Source: an uncultured bacterium (lineage in GTDB: Bacteria > Auribacterota > JACPWU01). From it: a stretch of 32,000 nt of DNA. The stretch covers positions 39,013 through 71,012 of the forward strand of contig CAZXEQ010000006.1 of assembly GCA_964640155.1 (NCBI GenBank), given 5' to 3'. The position numbers and the translations under genes were made by a program. The notes under the pieces were generated by a model that saw only the letters and a list, made by a program, of their open reading frames with translations, searched no databases and had not been told where the DNA came from. Positions 25,820 through 32,000 of this stretch are shown in pieces. How positions within the stretch are numbered: the first letter of the stretch is position 1; each line of letters opens with the position of its first letter.

Positions 25820-25837
25820 CAAATCCCCCCTCACCCA
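25820..25837 (+). repeat. second copy of the tRNA-Leu T-loop-to-3'-end 18-mer (att-like)
   Basis: CAAATCCCCCCTCACCCA against CAAATCCCCCCTCGCCCA at 25554-25571 (17 of 18 identical). Confidence 0.85.
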
Positions 25838-25952
25838 TTAAACTAGGGCATAGTGCATAGGGATTAGGGAAAAACTAAATACTATTTTAAGAATAAATTA
25901 GAAATCACAATTTTATAATATAGAAACCTTTAAAACTTAAAACACTTTCAAT

Positions 25953-26672
25953 ATGAAAAAAGCCATTGTCATCGGAGCAACATCTGGAATTGGACGAGCC
26001 ATTGCTAAAGTCCTTTCAGAAAATGATTATGAAGTTGGAGTAACTGGACGACGTATAGAGCTTCTTGAAAGTTTGCAAAAAGAGCTTTCGGGTAAATCCT
26101 ATATTCGAAAAATGGATGTGACTCAAATTGATGAAGCTATGAAACTTCTTCAAGAGCTATTTCAAGAAATGGGTGATGTAGATTTGGTGGTCATTAATGC
26201 AGGCATAGGCATCTTTAGCTTAGATTTAAACTGGGATGCTGAACTGAGAATGATACAAACCAATGTGACAGGATTTGCAGCTTTAGCCAATGTGGCGTTT
26301 AATTATTTCCGAAAAAGAAGAAACGGCCATATTGTGGGAATTTCTTCTATTGCAGCACTGAGAGGAAGTGGAAATGCCCCAGCCTATAATGCCTCTAAAG
26401 CCTTTGAAGGAATTTATCTTGAGGGGTTGCGGCTTAAAGCTTTAAAACTTAAACGTCCCATTACAATTACAGATGTAAAACCTGGTTTTGTCAAAACAGC
26501 TATTTTACGAGAAGATGCTCGCATTTTTTGGATGGCATCCCCTGAAAAAGCAGCTAAACAAATCTTACAAGCCATTCGCAAAAAAAAGCGACATGTTTAC
26601 ATCACCAAACGCTGGCGACTGGTGGCCTGGATTGCAAAGCTCCTCCCCTATTGGATTCATAAAAAGATTTAA
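25953..26672 (+). CDS. short-chain dehydrogenase/reductase (SDR)
   Basis: GATSGIGRAIA cofactor motif and YNASK catalytic motif. Confidence 0.9.
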   Translation: MKKAIVIGATSGIGRAIAKVLSENDYEVGVTGRRIELLESLQKELSGKSYIRKMDVTQIDEAMKLLQELFQEMGDVDLVVINAGIGIFSLDLNWDAELRMIQTNVTGFAALANVAFNYFRKRRNGHIVGISSIAALRGSGNAPAYNASKAFEGIYLEGLRLKALKLKRPITITDVKPGFVKTAILREDARIFWMASPEKAAKQILQAIRKKKRHVYITKRWRLVAWIAKLLPYWIHKKI

Positions 26673-27079
26673 ATTTTATCCTTCAACTGAATCTTAGGGA
26701 CAAGAGCTCTATCCATCTTTAAAAGTCTCTCTGTACCCCCTTCAACAATTGGAATAAAAAATTTCTTCAGCTCTTCTTCAAATTCACGCACTCGTAATCC
26801 CATATAGAAATCAGGCGCCTCAGAAAATTTTTTAAGAGAAGATTCAAAAAGCGATTTTGCTCCGAAAATATTTTTTCTTTCTAAATGATATAGCGCTACT
26901 GCCGCTTGAAGAATGGCTTGATAAAAAAGCTCTCGAGGTCCATTACCCTGAAGCCACAATTCTTCAAGGAATTCATGACATTCAAAATATTGACCTTTAT
27001 TAAAACAATCAATAGCTTGAAGATATTGAGAAGGATAATTTTCCATTTTTTCTTTATGCAGCTTTTTCAAAGGTTTCAA
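26669..27079 (-). CDS. DUF309 domain protein
   Basis: FNKGQYFECHEFLEELW followed by QAAVALYH matches the DUF309 pattern. The start may instead be ATG 27046, which would remove the 26-nt overlap with the upstream gene. Confidence 0.75.
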   Translation of the reverse strand: MKPLKKLHKEKMENYPSQYLQAIDCFNKGQYFECHEFLEELWLQGNGPRELFYQAILQAAVALYHLERKNIFGAKSLFESSLKKFSEAPDFYMGLRVREFEEELKKFFIPIVEGGTERLLKMDRALVPKIQLKDKI

Positions 27080-29828
27080 TCATTTTTTGCCGTCCCAATA
27101 CTCTTGGTTGTGGATGTTGTAAAGGATGTATCAAATGCTCAATCTCTTCTCGTGAAAGGATATATGGAACAAGACAGAAATCTGAAGGAAATGTATCATT
27201 CCTATTTCTGTTTTGACCAGATATAGAAGAATTTGAAATTGGAACCAAAGAGGATCTAAGTTGATCATTTTCAAATAGGGTTCTTACAAATCTCCTCAGG
27301 CCCATTCTTCTGCCAGAACTTGTCCTTGCTATATTCATGGCACGACGAAATAGGATTGACCAGTTAATAGAAAATCCTGCTTCAGCAAACGCATCTTCAA
27401 TCCATTCTAACTGAGCGTCTGCATGTAAATGATCTTCTTGAAAACATCCTTCTCGATCAATTCGAGGATTCGACAAACCCATTCCGTTGCGCTCCGTTAT
27501 TGTTTGCTGAGCTCTCCATGGTCTACGTTCAATCCCAGGTTCTTCAGCTCTAACTGTAGAAAGAACTACATGCGATCCAAGTTCTGCAACAAATTCTGAT
27601 CGGGCGCCTCCTTCTAATCCACCAGTAAGCGAATGAATATTATGTGCAATTTCATGTGCCAACACCCAAATAAACCAATCTTCATTGCGAGTATCTTGTA
27701 ACCCTACCAATAACGATGAATCTCCACCATAAGAACCTTCCCGAAAACGAGCGTCTGAAAGAATTTTGTTAACGAGAATATCATATTGTCTTGTATTCAA
27801 AGTTTCAGTTGAATTTTGCAAAAGTAAAAGAACAGCCAAAAAGTTGGTTTTTAATTCTATTCTTCTTACAGATGGAGGCAAACGTTCCATGTCAGGCATC
27901 CGACGTCTTAAAATAGCCAAGGCCCGCTCGCGATATAATCCATCAAAAATTCCTCTCGTGTCCGTCAGAAAATATGGAATAGAATCCAAAGGATAAGAGT
28001 ATGAAATCATTTCAGTACTTCTAACACTTCGCACAGGAGAATACTGTGATTCAGAATGAACAACTCTCTCCGTTACAGGGGAATAAAAACCTGAAAGATT
28101 TTGCTGATGACAACCTGTTACAAAAGATAAAATCATCATAAGAGTAATGGGCTTTCGATATTTAAAGTTATCTAAACTCAGCAACATTCTTTCATACCAA
28201 AAACTCAAGCGTTCTCCCCAGAATTCTAATCTTCTTTGAAATTCTAAATTGATCTTGATCTTTGCGCACATCACTCGAGCCAAAGATACTGCGCCAACCT
28301 GTTGCGTGGTCAAATTCTCAGGATCCAGAAGAGGAGGAAGAGCTAAATTAATATTTCCAATTCCTTGCATCAAAGAAAAATAGGGATTCTTTTCTAAAGC
28401 ATCTGTTTTGGGTTGAACAATACAATAAGAGATTTGAAGCTGATGTAAAAGATCGGCAATGGCTTGTGTGTGAAAACCTCCTGTGATCAAAACAGCCTTC
28501 TCTCCTGAGGGCACTTGCTTTAAAAAGTTTTTAAGCATGATTTGATTTCTCTCAATGGCCAATCGATAAAAAGTCTCGAATGGCTGAGCATCCATAGAGT
28601 CAAGACTAGGAAATACAAGAGAATGTTCTTTTATCAAATCCCGTAATTTTGTCTTCCAATCCATATCAAAGTCAGTTTTATAGACCTCCCATTCATGCGG
28701 TGTCATTCTCAAATGAAAAAGATTATTTAGACTTTTATATTGCTGAACGACATGGAGTAATTTCTTTTCAGAAGAAGTAGAAGCTAAGCTGATATAAATT
28801 TGATTTTCTAAATTTTTTATTTCATTTAAAAGCTCATGAATCAAAACATGATCTTTTTTATCCAAGAAATCTCGATATTTTAACAGCGTAGAATATTGGG
28901 AATCATTTGCATATTGACAAAGAAATTCATAAAAATCTAACTCGCTGATTCTGTCTGTTCTGTATTCCAATATCTTTTGAATCACATTCTTTAAATCTTT
29001 ATCTTTTAGATTCTTTTGAAGTCTTTCAATTAACTCATCTCTTTCATTTTTAAGAACAAGAAGATTAACCTTATTTTCAGACTGAATCATTTCTAAAAAT
29101 AAACTCAAAGAAGGACCCACATGAATCCTATCTTTAAGAAAACGAGCAAGATACAAAACATAATTTTGAAGAGGCTCTTTGCCTTGAGAGAAAGAAATAA
29201 CCTTGTCATCAAATTCTAATAAGGTTTTTGAGAATATAATCTTTTTTAGCTGAGAGAAAATCTTCTCGTAAACAGAATTAATTTTTTTCCACTGTTCAAG
29301 CTCTTTGAGAGCCTGCTTCAAAACCTTAAAGTTTTCTTTGTAAAGATAAGGATCTTCCAGCCCTTGAAGTTCAAAAGAAAGAGAAGAACCACTCACCACT
29401 TTTAAAAACTCTGCACCTGTTACATACCCTTGCTTTAAAAGAGGGTCAAGAATCGTTTGTTTGGAGATTCGTGAATATTGATCCCATTGTTCGAGATTTA
29501 AAGATTCGCTTGCACCTTCTACCGCTATATAGCGAAAGTGATGATTTTGAATCAATTGTTTAAGAATTTTGGCGATATTGGTTTGCGCTTGAGCGTCACA
29601 ATGAGCATCGCTGATGAGAACAACTTGAATTTCTTTATTTTTTGAAGAACTTTCTTGATTCACCCAAGCAAATTCTTTTGGAATTAAAGAGAACTTCTCT
29701 TTGTTTTCTAACTGAGATTGGACAGTTTGCTGCCCATCCGCAATTGTAAAATCTAAAAAGAATTGATTAAAATTCAGAAGAGATATCAGAAAAAAGACAA
29801 ATACTTTACTCTTGAACTGCTGCTTCAT
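27054..29828 (-). CDS. large secreted composite protein: N-terminal domain possibly ChaN/TraB/Tiki-like, C-terminal zincin (HExxH) domain
   Basis: SD GGGAGGG upstream and an N-terminal signal peptide. SDAH and GGFH motifs. Internal lipoprotein-like signal at aa 548-573. LAHEIAHNIH at aa 723-732 (HEIAH = 27642-27656). Confidence 0.75.
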   Translation of the reverse strand: MKQQFKSKVFVFFLISLLNFNQFFLDFTIADGQQTVQSQLENKEKFSLIPKEFAWVNQESSSKNKEIQVVLISDAHCDAQAQTNIAKILKQLIQNHHFRYIAVEGASESLNLEQWDQYSRISKQTILDPLLKQGYVTGAEFLKVVSGSSLSFELQGLEDPYLYKENFKVLKQALKELEQWKKINSVYEKIFSQLKKIIFSKTLLEFDDKVISFSQGKEPLQNYVLYLARFLKDRIHVGPSLSLFLEMIQSENKVNLLVLKNERDELIERLQKNLKDKDLKNVIQKILEYRTDRISELDFYEFLCQYANDSQYSTLLKYRDFLDKKDHVLIHELLNEIKNLENQIYISLASTSSEKKLLHVVQQYKSLNNLFHLRMTPHEWEVYKTDFDMDWKTKLRDLIKEHSLVFPSLDSMDAQPFETFYRLAIERNQIMLKNFLKQVPSGEKAVLITGGFHTQAIADLLHQLQISYCIVQPKTDALEKNPYFSLMQGIGNINLALPPLLDPENLTTQQVGAVSLARVMCAKIKINLEFQRRLEFWGERLSFWYERMLLSLDNFKYRKPITLMMILSFVTGCHQQNLSGFYSPVTERVVHSESQYSPVRSVRSTEMISYSYPLDSIPYFLTDTRGIFDGLYRERALAILRRRMPDMERLPPSVRRIELKTNFLAVLLLLQNSTETLNTRQYDILVNKILSDARFREGSYGGDSSLLVGLQDTRNEDWFIWVLAHEIAHNIHSLTGGLEGGARSEFVAELGSHVVLSTVRAEEPGIERRPWRAQQTITERNGMGLSNPRIDREGCFQEDHLHADAQLEWIEDAFAEAGFSINWSILFRRAMNIARTSSGRRMGLRRFVRTLFENDQLRSSLVPISNSSISGQNRNRNDTFPSDFCLVPYILSREEIEHLIHPLQHPQPRVLGRQKMIETFEKAA

Positions 29829-30017
29829 GAGAGCCCTCCCTAAAAAAATTCAAATTAAAACAGAAAGCCCCCAAGCAGTATTTAAAAGAGCAAGGAACAT
29901 ACCACCCAACATTCTTAAGTAGATTAGTGAGGATGTATAAGTCCTAATATGCTGAATTAAAGGATATTACGAAAGGTCAATTAGATGAGAATTCACTTGG
30001 TAAGTTTAAAAAGGTAA

Positions 30018-30965
30018 TCAAATAACTGCTTCAAGATGAGACACTGCCATTTCATCCTTAGAACAATTTTCCCAACACCGACAAACTGGTTTTAACGGAC
30101 AAGGCTGACATTTGAATAGATCTGGTTTAGACGGACAATCCCCGGAAATCCCTAGATGGCAGATGGCAAAATCATATTTCAGAGGATCTTCTGGATCTAA
30201 AATCTTTAGATTTTGTGTAATCTCAAGCGCTGTTTTCCATAATAAATTTTTTTGAGAGGTAAGACCCAAATAACGACTGATTCTAGCAATATGCGTATCT
30301 AAGGGAATAATAAGTTCGCTGGGAGAAATATTTTTCCACAATCCCAAATCAAGATTGTCTGGCCCTCGCACCATCCATCTCAAGAAAAGATTCAATCGCT
30401 TACAAGTACTTCCATCTTGAGGTGAAGTCAGAAAAAATCGAACAGGAGAATTTTTCGGAAGACACCCTGAAGAATAAAAAGGACTGACATCTCCAGATAA
30501 AATACCTTGAGAAAAGTTTGAAAGTGTTTCTGTATAATTCAAAGAAGACCCACTTAAAAAATATTTTTCCAGAGAGCTCCATTTCGACAAGACTTGCTTC
30601 ATGAGAAAAAGAAAACAAGCAATGTCCCTCCCCCGATAAAAACGATAAATGAGTCCGTGAAATTGCTCACGATCCTTTTCAGGGTTAAACTTGAGAATGT
30701 ATTCGTAAGGATGCGGGCCTAGAACCTTAAAAAAACGACTTAAGAACTTTAAGATCTGATCTACACGACCATAGGCAAAACTGGAAGCAAGAAGAGCTAC
30801 CACTTCTTGATCTTTTGGATTTTGATAAAGATGGACAAAACTCAAGGGATCTTCAGAAACATGTTGAGAGTAGTCAAACTGCTCTAGAAAGCCATTAAGA
30901 TACTCTTTAAGCTTTAACTGACGCAGGTGTGGTATTAAATAAGGCTTCTGCAATTTGAACGGCAT
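30018..30965 (-). CDS. DUF2400/TIGR02757-like protein (HhH-GPD-related fold, C-terminal Cys cluster)
   Basis: N-terminal DPLSFVH...EVVALLASSFAYGRV pattern and C-terminal CHLG...C..C....C. Family assignment is from memory. The tracked start overlaps asd by 59 nt and may be wrong. Confidence 0.6.
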   Translation of the reverse strand: MPFKLQKPYLIPHLRQLKLKEYLNGFLEQFDYSQHVSEDPLSFVHLYQNPKDQEVVALLASSFAYGRVDQILKFLSRFFKVLGPHPYEYILKFNPEKDREQFHGLIYRFYRGRDIACFLFLMKQVLSKWSSLEKYFLSGSSLNYTETLSNFSQGILSGDVSPFYSSGCLPKNSPVRFFLTSPQDGSTCKRLNLFLRWMVRGPDNLDLGLWKNISPSELIIPLDTHIARISRYLGLTSQKNLLWKTALEITQNLKILDPEDPLKYDFAICHLGISGDCPSKPDLFKCQPCPLKPVCRCWENCSKDEMAVSHLEAVI

Positions 30966-31932
30966 TGAGTGCCGCTCCTTTCAATAATTGATCAGCAACC
31001 ACCCACATTGCAATTCCATTGTGAAGCGCAATATCTTCACGAATACGCCCGACAAAAACATCGTATTGGCCTGCTGCTTGAATCGCGAGGGGATATTTGT
31101 TTTGTTTGGGATCATCTTGAACTTGTATACCAGGAGATTTGGAAAGAATCTCTCTGATCTGCTGAGCAGTTAATTTCTTCTCTAATTCAAGATGAATGTC
31201 TTCTGAATGTGCTCTAAAAACAGGAACTCGAACACAAGTTGCAGACACTTTAATGTTATCATCATGCATGATTTTTTGTGTTTCATGTACCATTTTCATT
31301 TCTTCTTTAGTATAGCCACTCTCAAAAAAAACATCTACATGTGGAATCACATTAAAAGCAATTTGATGGGGATAAATTTCTCTGGGGAGTGGTTCTGATT
31401 TCACCCAAGCCCTTACTTGTTTTTCAAGTTCTTGAATGGCTTTCATCCCTGTGCCAGAAACAGCTTGATAAGTCGCAACAATCACCCGTTTAATTTTAGA
31501 AACACGATGAATAGGATTTAAAGCCACCACCATTTGAATCGTTGAGCAATTGGGATTTGCAATAATTCCTTGATGATTTCTAATATCATCAGGATTCACT
31601 TCTGGAACCACCAAAGGAACTTTGGGATCCATGCGAAAGGCACTGGAGTTATCTACCACCACTGCTCCACTTTTAACAGCATGAGGTGCAAACTCTGTGC
31701 TACGACTGGCACCCGCACTAAAAAGTGCTAAATCAATGCCTTTAAAAGAAGTACTTTTAAGCTCTTCTACAGGAATAGATTCGCCTTTAAATTTTAACTT
31801 TTGTCCTACAGACCTAGCAGAAGCCAATAATCTTAAAGAGCTCACAGGAAACTGACGCTTCACCAACGTCTCGATCATTTCATGACCCACAGCACCCGTA
31901 GCACCAACAATGGCAATGTGACGACCTGACAT
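30907..31932 (-). CDS. asd: aspartate-semialdehyde dehydrogenase
   Basis: Motifs IAIVGATGAVG and NPNCSTI (active-site Cys). 341 aa. Confidence 0.95.
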   Translation of the reverse strand: MSGRHIAIVGATGAVGHEMIETLVKRQFPVSSLRLLASARSVGQKLKFKGESIPVEELKSTSFKGIDLALFSAGASRSTEFAPHAVKSGAVVVDNSSAFRMDPKVPLVVPEVNPDDIRNHQGIIANPNCSTIQMVVALNPIHRVSKIKRVIVATYQAVSGTGMKAIQELEKQVRAWVKSEPLPREIYPHQIAFNVIPHVDVFFESGYTKEEMKMVHETQKIMHDDNIKVSATCVRVPVFRAHSEDIHLELEKKLTAQQIREILSKSPGIQVQDDPKQNKYPLAIQAAGQYDVFVGRIREDIALHNGIAMWVVADQLLKGAALNAVQIAEALFNTTPASVKA

Positions 31933-32000
31933 AAAAACTCACTCTCCTAAAATGATAAGATTCCCAACTTATTTCTTAACCAATGAACTATCTGCGGAAA

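Noticed and set aside
30907-30965. The 59-nt overlap between asd and the downstream DUF2400-like ORF as a programmed overlap
   Set aside because: This is most likely a start-codon assignment issue, since no alternative ATG exists and a non-ATG start further in is plausible. Nothing else supports functional overlap.
1-32000. An integrase, transposase, reverse transcriptase or phage gene that could explain the att-like repeats and palindromic elements
   Set aside because: I scanned all tracked ORFs on both strands. None shows recombinase (R..H..R..Y), DDE or RT motifs, so the elements must be non-autonomous or relics.

Overview
AT-rich chromosomal segment from a Gram-negative-type bacterium (outer-membrane beta-barrel and lipoprotein signals present); I cannot name the taxon. 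Most of the window is housekeeping. It holds pepA, an OM porin-like gene, two tandem SPFH/Band-7 paralogs, a DUF151 nuclease, a class-I amidotransferase and a MurC-family ligase. It also holds a compact nuoA-I operon (nuoJ-N absent here), a family-4 uracil-DNA glycosylase, glutaredoxin, an EVE-domain protein, smpB, a ferredoxin, an SDR, DUF309, a DUF2400-like gene and asd. The unusual part is about 21.1-25.9 kb, around the minus-strand tmRNA gene (ssrA, 23218-23618) and tRNA-Leu(CAG) (25490-25571). Each RNA gene is followed by a GC-rich, hairpin-dense module of about 240 nt that ends in a second copy of that RNA's T-loop-to-3'-end segment. The two modules share positional motifs, and no integrase or transposase is present in the window. 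The tmRNA 14-mer occurs a third time, at the junction of a 636-bp tandem duplication. That duplication carries two secreted paralogs and a truncated VOC gene, and it creates a chimeric ORF. A small-protein plus nucleotidyltransferase cassette sits between smpB and ssrA. An untracked 52-codon ORF has lasso-peptide-precursor spacing. Two further families of about 125-150 bp GC-rich elements with terminal inverted repeats occur, one of them inserted between nuoA and nuoB. A 924-aa secreted protein looks like a compositional and functional fusion with an internal lipoprotein signal. All calls come from reading the sequence and the translated ORFs and from remembered family motifs. No database search was run.
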